A DNA stretch of 64,000 nucleotides from Octopus sinensis (lineage: Eukaryota), in assembly GCF_006345805.1 (NCBI RefSeq), contig NC_043020.1, positions 8,308,001 through 8,372,000 of the forward strand, read 5' to 3'. The translations under genes and the position numbers were made by a program. This document shows, piece by piece, positions 11,156 to 25,100 of the stretch. A model generated the notes under the pieces. The model ran no database searches, was not told the origin of the DNA, and saw nothing but the letters and a program-made list of their open reading frames with translations. The first letter of the stretch is position 1; every line of letters begins with the position of its first letter.

Positions 11156-11833
11156 CACATGTATTTCCATCGTTGCATCCACACTAACAGAAGGTATCTT
11201 ATACTATAACTGGCACTCCGACAGTTACGATGACGATGACAAGGGTCCCACTTGATCCGATCAACGGAACAGCCTGCTCGGGAAATTAGCTTGCAAATGG
11301 CTGAGCACTCCACAGACACGCATACCCTTAATGTGGTTCTCAGGGAAATTCAGCAAGGTACACAGAATGCAACAATGCTGACCCTTTTGAAATACAGGTA
11401 CAACTCATTTTTGCCAGTGGACTGGGGTAACGTGTAATAAAGTCTCTTACCCAGGAACACAATGCCCCACCAGGAATTGAACTCCTGACCTATAATCATA
11501 AACCGAATGCTTTCACCACTAAGCAACACGTATTCACCAAAGGTATCACCTAACCTGTCCTCTCTACCCCCGACATTGTCTTTGCTCGTTTACCAACCTC
11601 TTTCCAGAGTGTACTGGGTGCATTTCATTGTGACATCTTCGCCTTACATCCTGAAAGACTAGAGAGGTCCTCAGAATCCTTTTATGTCTTCATACCCTCC
11701 GGGTAACATGTCCGTAAAAATGGCAAAGAACATCTCAAAACTCCCTCTATCCAAAACCCAAGAAAACAAATTCAACACCCAATTCACATACAAGCATAAA
11801 ATGTATGAATTTTCTACAAGAAATCATTCATGT

Positions 11834-12242
11834 AGGCGCAGGAGTGGCTGTGTGGTAAGTAGCTTGTTTACCAACCACATAGTTCCGGGTTCAGTCCCAC
11901 TGCGTGGCACCTTGGGCAAGTGTCTTCTACTATAGCCTCGGGCCAACCAAAGCCTAGTGAGTGGATTTGGTAGACGGAAACTGAAAGAAGCCAGTTGTAT
12001 ATATGTATATATATATATGTGTGCGTATGTGTTTGTGTGTCTGTGTTTGTCCCCCTAGCATTGCTTGACAGCCAATGCTGGTGTGTTTGTGTCCCCGTTA
12101 CTTAGCGGTTCGGCAAAAGAGACCGATAAAATAAGTACTGGGCTTACAAAAAGAATAAGTTCTGGGGTGGATTTGCTCGATTAAAGGTGGTGCTCCAGCA
12201 TGGCCGCAGTCAAATGACTGAAACAAGTAAAAGAGTAAAGAG
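11834..12242 (+). mobile_element. SINE family A copy (next copy 12566-12935 +)
   Basis: Full-length copy. Confidence 0.8.
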
Positions 12243-13123
12243 TTGAATCCCTGAAAAGGACAAAAGCATTAAATAAATATTCTGTTGTGTCTGGGGAGGG
12301 TCATTTTCTTTTTGTGTCTTATAATTTAACACACTCACTGGTGGTAAAATTTCCACTTATTTCTTATTTTTATTTTCCTCAATTTTTGTTGAGTCTTGTA
12401 ACCTTGACTATTGAAAAGGTTGCAAGATGCAACGAAAAAAGTTTTAAGAAAATAAAAATAAGAAATAAGTGGAAATTTTGCTGGTGAGTGTTGAAATTAT
12501 AAGGCAGCAAAAGAAATTGGCTCTCCCCAGACACAACAGAATATGCTTCAACACACAAACTCATGTGGTAATTAGCTTGCTTACCAACCACATGGTTCCG
12601 GGTTCAGTACCACTGCGTGGCATCTTGGGCGAGTGTCTTCTGCTATAGCCTCGGGCCGACCAATGCCTTGTGAGTGGATTTGGTAGACGGAAACTGGAAG
12701 AAGCCTGTCGTATATATATATATATGTATGTTTGTGTGTCTGTGTTTGTCCCCCTAGCATTGCTTGACAACCGATGCTGGTGTGTTTACGTCCCCGTCAC
12801 TTAGTGGTTCGGCAAAAGAGGCCGATAGAATAAGTACTGGGCTTACAAAGAATAAGTCTCGGGGTCGATTTGCTCGACTAAAGGCGGTGCTCCAGCATGG
12901 CCACAGTCAAATGACTGAAACGAGTAAAAGAGTCATATAAAGAAACTTGCAAACCAAATCCCAAAACGAAATTAAATAAATAGTTTTTTATCTAAATCTT
13001 GACCACCTTCTTTGTATGAATATATAAAACCTTAAACCACTTCAAATAATACACACACAGGTATGATGTTTCTTTACACATCAAAAATATATATTTCCAG
13101 GTGTTATCCATTAAACGACCGAG

Positions 13124-13187
13124 ATGCTTTCAAAAAAATCACAGAAAAAAGGCAAAAAACTACAGCTTTCTTCAGATTTTGCCAAAC
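13124..13187 (+). CDS. FANCD2: FANCD2 coding exon 1 (exon starts at 13101 with 5' UTR)
   Basis: tttccag acceptor at 13100; ATG at 13124; MLSKKSQKKGKKLQLSSDFAK+C; gtaagt donor; 64 coding nt, phase 1. Confidence 0.85.
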
Positions 13188-16100
13188 GTAAGTCTTTGAG
13201 ACATTACTTTTTACTGTTTTTGTTGTGTCACACCAAGCTAGCCTTAACCCTTTAGTGTTCGCATTATTCTGCCAAAATTAATCCTTTTTTATCCACATTG
13301 TTTTGAACTAATCATGCCTTATCTTGTAGCTATGAGAATTTGATGAGGCAGATGTTAATTTTTAAAATGATATTGTAGGGTTGGTGTGAGAGACCAGATA
13401 TGGCCAGTTTGAACATAAAACAGGCAGAGTACTTTTGGCCGGTTTAAATACTAAAGGGTTAAATGGACAAAACTATAATGAAAGACAATCCAGCCATGAC
13501 AATCCCAAACTTTTTCTTTGGTGGGTGTTAGGGGTGTTCATGCAGCTTCAAATTCACCATGGTATTTGGGGATAATTTTCTTCTGGCATCACTAGTTTTT
13601 ATTTATCCTTTTGGGGTTTTTAAAATAAGGACCAGTTGAGCATCGGGGCCAAAGGAATCGACTTAACCACTCTTGAGGTATGAATTTATAAAAAACTGCA
13701 TCCTTCATGTTTACTGTAAAAGCTTTCATAGCAATAAAATAAAAACAAAATGATAATAATTTTGAAAGAATCTCTCTCTATATAAACGGCAGTTTGTCTG
13801 TCAGGTTGTACCCTCACCCTGACCACGGCTTTCAACTGATTCTGATGAAACTTGACACACACATAGCCCAATGTCATAATTCAAAACTAACGTGGCGAAA
13901 ATTTTGAAAAGTTCCCCCAGTTTTGAAAAAAATCGATAAATTCCACATGGGGTCGAGAATCTAAGCTTTTTATATGCAACACATTTTCTGTCTAGGGGAC
14001 ACAACTCGACAGCTAGGAACATCGTATACACAGAAGTATTCGAGTGAAGAGAAGACATTGCAACCTACACATACGCCTTCATTCCCTAGAGGGAAAGGAC
14101 TAGATTGGGATTAGTCGTTGCCTAGTAGGGGCTCTTACATACCCGAGCAACGCCAGGCTATGCTGCTAGTTATCTATAAAACTGGTTTTTAAACATTGAA
14201 TGGATATTGGGGTCCACCAGAAATTAACAGTAATCGAAGGAGTTCATAGATATATAAAAAAAAAATGGTTGAAAATCACTGATGTAGGATATGTAATATA
14301 TGATTTATAGGGGTCAGGGGTCATTTAACTCTGCTGGAATTTAAAAGGTTTGAAGAGAATCACTGATGTAGGATGTCAGGGGTCATTTAACTCTGCTGGA
14401 ATTTGAAAGGTTTGAGTTCAAAACATTGTAATGGCTGCTGGCCACCCTTCTTCTCCCTACAGGGATATTTTTACCCAATTTTCTGAAAGTTGTTTTTACA
14501 GCTATTCTCCCATATTGGAGATTTTCTCAATTTCTAAAACTATGAAATTGTGGCACGTAAAAAGCACCACTACACTCTCGGAGTGGTTGATGTTAGGAGG
14601 GGCATCCAGTTGTAGAAACATTGCCAAATCGGATTGCAGTCCTCAGTCAAACCGTCCAACCCATGCCAGCATGGAAAGCGGACATTAAACGACGACAATG
14701 ATGATGATGAGTTATAATATTGATCTCAGATTTTGGCACAATGCCAGCATGTCTGGTGGGGGGATGAGTCACTTACATCAGACCCCAGTGTTCAACTGGT
14801 ACTTATTTTATTGACCTCGAAAGGATGAAAGGCAAAGTCAACCTCAGCGGAATTTGAACTCAGAACTGTCTGCCACACATACAGACTTGTCCCTTTAGGT
14901 GCCGGTGCCACTTGAAAAGCATCCATGTCAGTTGGCAAAAGAGACTGATAGAATAATAAATCCCAAGCTATGAAAAAAGACCTACAGAATGTCCTGGGGG
15001 TCGATTTCTTTGACTAAAACTCTTCAAAGTGGTGTCCCAGCATGGCCACAGCCAGATGACTGAAACAAGATATCTGCTGTGAGACCTGGTCTATTGGATT
15101 AAGAACCTCCTACATAAAATGTCCGTTGTGTCTCCGTAGTCTTTCTTTTGACAATTGTCTGTGAAGGAGAAAACCGTTGTATAGTTTTGTTTTGTTATTT
15201 CTTTAATTATGTCGGTGGCCCATTAAAATGCACCACCCGAACGTGGCCGATGCCAGCGTCTCTTTGACTGGCTTCCATGCCGGTGGCACGTAAAAAGCAC
15301 CAATCCGATCGTGGCCATTGCCAGCCTCGCCTGGCATGTAAAAAGCACCCACTACACTCAAGGAGTGGTTGGCGTTAGGAAGGGCATCCAGCTGTAGAAA
15401 CACTGCCAGATCAGACTGGAGCCTGGTGCAGCCTTCTGGCTTCCCAGATCCCCGGTCGAACCGTCCAACCCATGCTAGCATGGAGAACGGACGTTAAACG
15501 ATCGATATGAGATGCACTAATTAGTGTTAGTATCTCGTTTACTCTTTCATCCTCTTCAATTAAATTGTCTGTTATTTTCCAGGAAATGCAACCAAAAGTA
15601 AACCTGCCGAAGATATGGAAGAATCTGATACAGAGTTCTCGGATGGTACAATCTTCTGCGAGCAGCTGCGAAAGTCTGGCATCATTCTGAAGAAAGGAGA
15701 CCATAACCATGAGCTAAGTGAGTTGAAATAGGGATTATATTTGAAAAGGGTATCAGAAGATTTGGCCTGGAATGGATACAGGGGTTTATTTCTGGAGAGC
15801 ATATTACATCAGGATTCAAAATAGCACAAGTTTTCAGAGGATATCGAAAAATTCGATCAGAGAAGATACTTAAAAGCAATCATAGGGCTTTACTTGAACG
15901 TGTGTCCTGTTGGTCACTCACTATACACCCCAGCTGACCTCTTTCCCATAGCAAGACACCTGTTTCTGTCGCTCTGTCCTTTCATCATTTGACACAGGAT
16001 CCCCTCCTCCAGTGCCCCCTTCTCCTCTCAAAGGATCTTTATCTTGCAAGTTACTTGGTGACCCTGCCTGTGTTGGTGTCACGTAAAAAGCACTCCGTCC

Positions 16101-19100
16101 ACTCTGTGGGGTGGTTGGTGTTAGGAAGGGCAACCAGCTGTAAAAAGATCTTGCCAAAACTGACCCTGTCTGTGCTGGTGCCACGTCACCAAATCCCAGT
16201 TACATCTTCACTTTTATTTCAAGTATTCGTGAAATGTAGCATCACTTAGTGTAAGGCTCAAAGTGGGGCCCTAATATGATGATAAATGCTTCACAAATCA
16301 GTGAAGGGGGAGACAAAGGATATAAACACAACAGCTCGTTAGATAAGTGGGGAAGGAGTGTGAGGGTAACGACTTCCAATTATTTATTAGAAGTTGTTGA
16401 TGATGATGATGATCTCCATCTAATGTTTGTTCCTTCATTTGTTACAGATGTGGAACCAACTGTCTTCTACAAGAATTTATCAAAGGCATTGAAGAAACAC
16501 ATAAACTACCCTGAGGTAATTATCTTTATCATTCTTCATATAAACCAGTAACTTAAATCCTTTTGATGCCAAACTGCCTAAGAGGCATAATACCAACTTC
16601 TTGTCTTAAAGAGATCTCTCTTTTACTCTCTTATACTTGTTTCAGTCATTTGACTGCGGCCATGCTGGAGCACCACCTTTAATCGAGCAAATCGACCCCG
16701 GGACTTATTCTTTGTAAGCCCAGTACTTATTCTATCGGTCTCTTTTGCCGAACCGCTAAGTGACGGGGACGTAAACACACCAGCATCGGTTGTCAAGCAA
16801 TGCTAGGAGGACAAACACAAACACACACACATACACACATATATATATATATACATATATACGACGGGCTTCTTTCAGTTTCTGTCTACCAAATCCACTC
16901 ACAAGGCATTGGTCGGCTCGGAGCTATAGCAGAAGACACTTGCCCATGATGCCATGCAGTGGGACTGAACCCGGAACCATGTGGTTGGTTAGCAAGCTAC
17001 TTACCACACAACCACTCCTGCGATTAAAACCTTCCATCAAAATTCATTATTTTTTAATGTCCATATTTTCCATGCTTGCCTGGATCAGATGGGATTCATT
17101 TAAGACAGATTTTCCAGGACTAGGACTGGATGCTCTACCTGTTGCCGACCCTCATCTGTTTTCAAGCAAAGTAAGATCTCCTCCCCATGGCCAGCCCCGG
17201 CTTGTTTTTTCACAGAAGACTGGAAACCAATGATGTCACTTATATGACAATCATTTTACAACCATCATGTGAAGTCAAGAGAGATGGGAGGCGGCACACA
17301 GACATATATATATATATGTTGGGCTTCTTTTCAGTTTCCATCTATCAAATTCACTCACTTTAATTTCAGGTGATTGACAAGTTTCTGGAGGGTTTGCAAG
17401 ATTACATACAGATAAGACACAGGTGAGTAATTAACATTCATCCAGGGGAGTAAATTGTAATAGTTTTACTACAACAGGGGAGGACAGATTGTAGGCTATT
17501 AAACTCAATTACAATGGCTCAATTAGCTGACCAAACTAGCACTCACACTCAGCTCAAAACAATATCTGTGTATCGCAATTTTGAGCTGAGTGGGAGTACT
17601 AGATTCCCTTGTTCCAAAATATAAGGACACAGATCGTGTCGTATAGCCAGATAGAGACGATGTCTCCTGGGACTAAATTACAGCAACATTCATCCTAAAC
17701 CAGGACTGCCATGTTATGTTGGCAAACAATCTTTACTACAAAGTACTGTTGCTGAATATCTCATGTTGTCATCATCATCGTTTAACGTCCGTTTTCTGTG
17801 CTAGCATGAGTTGGACGGTTCGACCAGGGTCTGGGAAGCCAGGAGGCTGCACCAGGCTCCAGTCTGATCTGGCAGAGTTTCTACAGCTGGATGCCCTTCC
17901 TAACACCAACCACTCCGTGAGTGTAGTGGGTGCTTTTTACGTGCCACTGGCACAGGTGCCAGGGGAGTCTGGCAGCAGCCACGATCGGTTGGTGCTTTTT
18001 ATGTGCCACCAGCACAGAAGCCAGTCAAGGCGGCACTGGCATCGGCCACGTTCGGATGGTGCTTTTTACGTGGCACAGATGCCAGGGGAGTCTGGCAGCG
18101 GCCACGATCGGTTGGTGCTTTTTACGTGCCACCAGCACAGAAGCCAGTCAAGGTGGCACTGGCATCGGTCACGTTCAGATGGTGCTTTTTACGTGCCACC
18201 AGCACAGGTATCACAACTACTATTTCCATTTGATATTTATTTCGATGTTCATGTACTTGAGATTTAAAAATAGTAATTTTCTAATTATTAATATTATTAA
18301 GGTGGCAAGCAGGCAGAATCGTTAGTACACTAGACATAATGCCAAGTAGCATTTCATCTGTCTTGACATTCTGAGATCAAATTCTGCCAAGGTCGATTGT
18401 ACCTTTCATCTTTTTGGGGGCGATTATTACCAACTATCCCTGCCACCAGAATTTCAAGCCTTGTACACATAGTAGAAAGGATTGTTGTTATTATTTTTGC
18501 CTTTCATCCTTTCAGGGTCAATAAATTAAGTACCAGTTGAGTACCGGGGTCAAAATAATCAGCTTGTCCCCCTCCCCCAAAATTTCAGGCCTTATGCCTA
18601 TAGTAGAAAGGATTATTATTATTATTAATAGGCCGTTTGCCAGCCTCCTCTGGTACCTGTGCCAGTGGCACGTAAAAAGCACCCACTACACTCACGGAGT
18701 GGTTGGCGTTAGGAAGGGCATCCAGCCGTAGAAACATTGCCAGATCAAATTGGGGCCTGGTGCAGCCTCCTGGCTTCCCAGACCCCAGTTGAACCGTCCA
18801 ACCCATGCTAGCATGGAAAGCGGACGCTAAACGATGATGATGATATATGATGTGCTGAAATTAAAGGTGGTGATCTGCATTTTGTCCCGTCTTTACATTC
18901 TGAGTTCAAATTCCGCTGAGGTTGAATTTTTACTTTTCATCCTTTCGGATGAAGTACAGTGGAACATTGGGGTCAATGTAATCGGCTAGTCCCCTCCCCA
19001 CAAATTTTAGGCCATTTGCTTCCAGTAGAAAAGATTATGATGTGTTGAAATATATTTTATTATTTTTTTATTTTATTTTATCTAGTTTCAGCTCACGAGC

Positions 19101-22100
19101 TGTGGCCATGCTGGGGCACCACCATTTAGATTTACGTGGAGCTTTAGGTGCTTTCGCTCAATAAACACTCACAACGCCCAGTCTGGGAATCGAAACCGCG
19201 ATCCTACGACCGCGAGTCCGCTGCCCTAACCACTGGGCCATTGCGCCTCCACATTGTGCATATTCTGTTTTTTTTTTCAAAGTAAATTATTTATTTTTGC
19301 TTTTCCTCTTTTGCTGTCCTTTTAAAGGTTTATCAAGAGTCTTATGCCATGTACAGTTGCCAAAGACAGGTAAGATGCTGCCTTGTCTCTCTTTTTCTCT
19401 GTTCTTATTGTAACATAGTTACTTGTCACCAATTATTGTAGTATCACCACTATTAACCCTTTCATTACCAACCCAACTGAAACCGGCTCTGGCTCTGTAG
19501 TACAAATGTCTTGTTTTCATAAGTTCTGAATTAAAACCTTCCACCAAACCTTAGTCACAATTTATGTTCCTAAACACTAGCTTAATGATAACCAAGTTAT
19601 TTTACTAAATTCTTTGTTATATTTAAAGTAATTGAAAGAAACACAGAGCATCTCAGCAGAAATATGGTAAGAAAAGGGTTAAAATATGTAATAGAGAAAC
19701 AATTCTTAATCCTTTCATTACCAACCTGGCTGAAACTGCCTCTGACTCTGTAGTACAAATGTCTTGTTTTTATAAGTTTTGAATTAAAATCTTCCACCAA
19801 ACCTTAGTCATAATTTATGTTCCTAACACTAGCTGAATGATAATGAAGTTATTTTACAAAATTCTTTGTTATATTTAAAGTAATTGAAAGAAACACAGAA
19901 CATCTCAAAATAAATACAGTAACGAAAGGGTTAATGACAATACCTGCTTACACTATAACCATGTAGTGACAATAAAATATATAACGAAGCCAGGTAACAA
20001 CAAGGTAACCATCCAACAAATTCTCCACAAACCAACAAACAATATTCCAACAAATTACCAAAACATCACCTTACGACTTCCTGCGATTAACGCCTACTCT
20101 CTCTCTGTCTCTCACTCAGACCGCTACTACTTATAGTCGTTTGGTCAAGTCTATTCTCACAAGTCTATTCTCTCCTTCACATACCTACTCATACACACAG
20201 ATACAGTCATGCTCCATCTCTCTCTCTCTCCTTACCTATACATACAATCAACTCATTTCTCCTTTCATCTCTCTCTCTCCACATACAATCACACTTAATC
20301 CCTCACTCTCTCTCACTCTCCTTCCACATTCACTTGTCTCTCTTCTGCTTACCACATATAATCACACCTCTCTCTCTTTACATACTGTCATATCTCTTCT
20401 CTCTCTCTCTCTCTTCTCTCTCTCTCATCTTCCTCTTTGTCTCTTCTGTTTCAGTGCCATCAAAAGCCAACGACCTCGCTGTCTGATAAAGTTACTCCTG
20501 GAAGTTGAATCTCTGCAGGTCAGTGTTAGACGGCTGCAGCTGGTCACTACACAGACTGCACCAAGCACTATTACATTTTTTGACCACTAAGTGACCTTAA
20601 CATAAGATAAGTGTTCTAATTGGTGACTGTACAACTAGGTAAATGAGCCATTAGATGGTTGGAGCAATGGGTGAGGGCACCAATTAACATAAATGTCACT
20701 AGATTTGGGTACCATTTGGTAAGGGTATGACTAGATTTGGGTACCATTTGGTAAGGGCATGACTAGATTTGGGTACCATTTGGTAAGGGTATGACTAGAT
20801 TTGGGTACCATTTGGTAAGGGCATGACTAGATTTGGGTACCATTTGGTAAGGGTATGACTAGATTTGGGTACCATTTGGTAAGGGTATGACTAGATTTGG
20901 GTACCATTTGGTAAGGGTATGACTAGATTTGGGTACCATTTGGTAAGGGCATGACTAGATTTGGGTACCATTTGGTAAGGGTATGACTAGATTTGGGTAC
21001 CATTTGGTAAGGGTATGACTAGATTTGGGTACCATTTGGTAAGGGCATGACTAGATTTGGGTACCATTTGGTAAGGGCATGACTAGATTTGGGTACCATT
21101 TGGTAAGGGCATGACTAGATTTGGGTACCATTTGGTAAGGGCATGACTAGATTTGGGTACCATTTGATAAGGGTATGACTAGATTTGGGTACCATTTGGT
21201 AAGGGTATGACTAGATTTGGGTACCATTTGGTAAGGGCATGACTAGATTTGGGTACCATTTGGTAAGGGCATGACTAGATTTGGGTACCATTTGGTAAGG
21301 GTATGACTAGATTTGGGTACCATTTGGTAAGGGCATGACTAGATTTGGGTACCATTTGGTAAGGGCATGACTAGATTTGGGTACCATTTGGTAAGGGCAT
21401 GACTAGATTTGGGTACCATTTGGTAAGGGTATGACTAGATTTGGGTACCATTTGGTAAGGGTATGACTAGATTTGGGTACCATTTGGTAAGGGTATGACT
21501 AGATTTGGGTACCATTTGGTAAGGGCATGACTAGATTTGGGTACCATTTGGTAAGGGCATGACTAGATTTGGGTACCATTTGGTAAGGGCATGACTAGAT
21601 TGGGTACCATTTGGTAAGGTATGACTAGATTTGGGTACCATTTGGTAAGGGTATGACTAGATTTGGGTACCATTTGGTAAGGGTATGACTAGATTTGGGT
21701 ACCATTTGGTAAGGGCATGACTAGATTTGGGTACCATTTGGTAAGGGCATGACTAGATTTGGGTACCATTTGGTAAGGGTATGACTAGATTTGGGTACCA
21801 TTTGGTAAGGGTATGACTAGATTTGGGTACCATTTGGTAAGGGTATGACTAGATTTGGGTACCATTTGGTAAGGGTATGACTAGATTTGGGTACCATTTG
21901 GTAAGGGTATGACTAGATTTGAGTACCATTTGGTAAGGGTATGACTAGATTTGGGTACCATTTGGTAAGGGTATGACTAGATTTGGGTACCATTTGGTAA
22001 GGGCATGACTAGATTTGGGTACCATTTGGTAAGGGTATGACTAGATTTGGGTACCATTTGGTAAGGGTATGACTAGATTTGGGTACCATTTGGTAAGGGT

Positions 22101-25100
22101 ATGACTAGATTTGGGTACCTCATGATTGGAGTCTCAAAGACTTGAGAAATACTTGATGGGAATACCAATGAATAAAACTAGCATCCCTTGGTGTTTTAAA
22201 ATCTGTTAAATTAGTTCCCTATACATTCTGTATGTGAAGGCACATGGCTCAGTGGTTAGAGTGTCGAGCTCACAATCATGAGGTAGTGAGTTCGATTCTT
22301 GGACCAGGCTATGTGTTGTGTTCTTGAGCAAGACACTTTATTTCATGTTGATCCAGTTCACTCATTTGAAGAAATGAGTTGTGGCATCACTGGTGCCAAG
22401 CTGTTTCGGCCCCTTTGCCTTTCCCTTGGATAACATCGTTGGCATGAAGAGGAGAGGTTGGTATGCATGGGTGACTGTTGGTCTTCCATAAACAAGCTTG
22501 CCCAGGCTTGTGCCTCTAAGGGGAACTTTCTAAGTGCAATCCCATTCATTACCAAAAAGGGTCTTTACCCTTTCACTCTTTATGGGTTGGACGAATTCAT
22601 TGTGGATGATTTTCTACATAGTTCTTTACCCTATACATTCTGAAGTCAATCAAATTTTGTCAGAATCGAATATTTGTGTGTGTGTGTTTGTCAAAGGGGT
22701 ACTTACCTATAGGAATTCCGGAGAAGGGTTAAGTCGATTACATCAGGGGTACCTGTCAATTTAATTGAGGGTGGCAATGCTGCTATCCCACTGCCAAAAA
22801 TTTGTGGCTTTATCTCAGTGTACGAAATAATCATACATACATACACCCGACTGGCCTCCGTGCTGGTGGCACATAAAAAGCACCATCCGATCATGGCCGT
22901 TTGCCAGCCTCATCTGGCACGTAAAAAGCACCCACCACACTCATGGAGTGGTTGGCGTTAGGAAGGGCATCCAGCCATAGAAACACTGCCAGATCAGACT
23001 GGGCCTGGTGCAGCCTTCTGGCTTCCCAGACCCCAGTTGAACCGTCCAACCCATGCTAGCATGGAAAGCAGACGTTAATCAATGATGATGATGACATAGG
23101 CCAAACCTCTAAGTCAGTTTTAAATTCTGTGAAAGCTGTTTTACTTCATGTTTGTTGTTAATATTCTTAGGACAGAAAGGCAGGGGGGCTGGCAGAGTGG
23201 TTAGCACGCCGGGCGAAATGCTTAGCGGTATTTCGTCTGCCGTTACGTTGTGAGTTCAAATTCTGCCGAGGTCGACTTTGCCTTTCATCCTTTCGGGGTC
23301 GATAAATTAAGTACCAGTTACGCACTGGGGTCGATGTAATCGACTTAATACCTATGTCTGTCCTTGTTTGTCCCCTCTGTGTTTAGCCCCTTGTGGGTAA
23401 TAAAGAAATAGAAATGGGTATTTCGTCTGTCTTTACATTCTGAGTTCAAATTCCATCGAGGTCGACTTTGCCTTTCATTCTTTAGGGGTTGATAAATTAA
23501 GTACCAGTTGTGTACTGGGATCGATCTAATCGACTGCGCCACCCCCACCCCCCTTCCCAAAAATTTCAGGCTTTATGCCTCGAGTAGAAATGAATATTTC
23601 CATAAAGTAAGACAGTGAGCTGGCAGAAACATTGGCACGCTGGGTGAAATCCTTAGCAGTATTTCGTCTGTCTTTATGTTCTGAGTTCAAATTCTGCCGA
23701 GGTCAACTTTGCCTTTCATCCTTTATGGGTCAATACATTAAGTGCCAGTTGCATACTGGGATCGATCTAATCGACCGGCCCTCTCTCCCAAAATTTCGGG
23801 CCTTGTGCCTAGAGTAGAAAAGAATATCCTTCGGAGAGAATAAGGCAGCAAACTGTCAGAATTGTTAGCGGGCCAAGCAAACCGTTTAGTGATGAGTCAT
23901 CTGTCTTTATGATCTGAGTTCAAATTCCACCAAGTTCGACTTTGCCTTTCTTCCTTTTGGAGGTTGATAAAATAAGTACCAGTTGAGCACTAGGGTTGAT
24001 GTAATCCACTTAACCCCTTCTCCGGAATTCCTAGCCTCGTGCCAAAATTTTAAACCGATATTTTTCTGGCAGAATTATTAGCATGCTGGACAAAAAGCTT
24101 AAAGGCATTTCATCCATCTTTACGATTTGAGTTCAAATTCCACCAAGGTCAACATTGCCTTTCATAATTTTGGGGCTCATAAAATTAAGTGCCAGTTGAA
24201 GTTGCTGGCCTTGTACCAAAATTCAAAACCAGTATTCTTAGGACGGGCATGAATGTCTCCCAATCTCATCCTTTCTATAAACCCTATATTTTTTGTCTAT
24301 TTGCTTTGTTTTGCAGCCAAAACTAATAAACATTCTTCTTGAGAAGTTACCAGAATTCATGGACGAAGATGAGTAAGTAACATACAGCATGTCCACCATC
24401 AGATGTGTTCCAGCCATGACCATCACCTCCATTTCTTTTGTTTTAGATATAGTCCATCAAGGACTACATTAGTCAATGTGTCCATTCTTGAGACATTATA
24501 TTTGAAACAATATGGGGAAGCCCACATTGGATAATGCTGTTATAGATACAAAATTTCTGAATAATAGGTGTGATGGTCATTGCTGGAACACTTTTGACCA
24601 TAGGTCTGCTGAATCAGATCAACAACAACAGTAATTATAACTGCATCATCATCATCATCATAGGGTGGTGAGCTGGCAGAATCGATAGCACATCAGGCAA
24701 AATGCTCAGAAGTATTTCATCTGTCTTCGTGTTCTGAGTTCAAATTCTGCTGAAGTCAACTTTGCCTTTTATCTTTTTGGGGTTGATAAAATAAATACCA
24801 GTCATGTACTGGGGTTGATGTAATCAACTGTCCCCCATTTCTCAAATTTCAGGCTTTGTGCCTATAGTAGAAAGGATTATTATTATTATTGCGGGTGTGA
24901 TGGTAGAATTGTTAGCACGCTGGGCGAAATACTTAGCAGCATTTTGTCCACCTTTGCATTCTGAGTTCAAATTCTGCCGAGGTCAACTTTGCCTTTTATC
25001 CTTTTGCAGGGGTCAATAAAATAAATACCAGTTAAACACTGGAGTCAATGTAATCAACTCTCCCACTCCCCCCAAAATTGCTGGCATTGTGCCAAAATTT

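Noticed and set aside
13840-13865. CTGATGA-AAC hammerhead-like string in a Helitron
   Set aside because: No helix II or helix I can be formed.
14273-14415. Short direct duplication (also 5440-5546 and GGGAGATAACTCTA motifs at 49757-49870)
   Set aside because: Two or three copy local duplications with no further supporting structure.
20697-22120. CRISPR-like 32-bp repeat array
   Set aside because: Units are contiguous with no unique spacers, there are no cas genes, and the context is a eukaryotic intron; it is a minisatellite. The same applies to 33536-34344.
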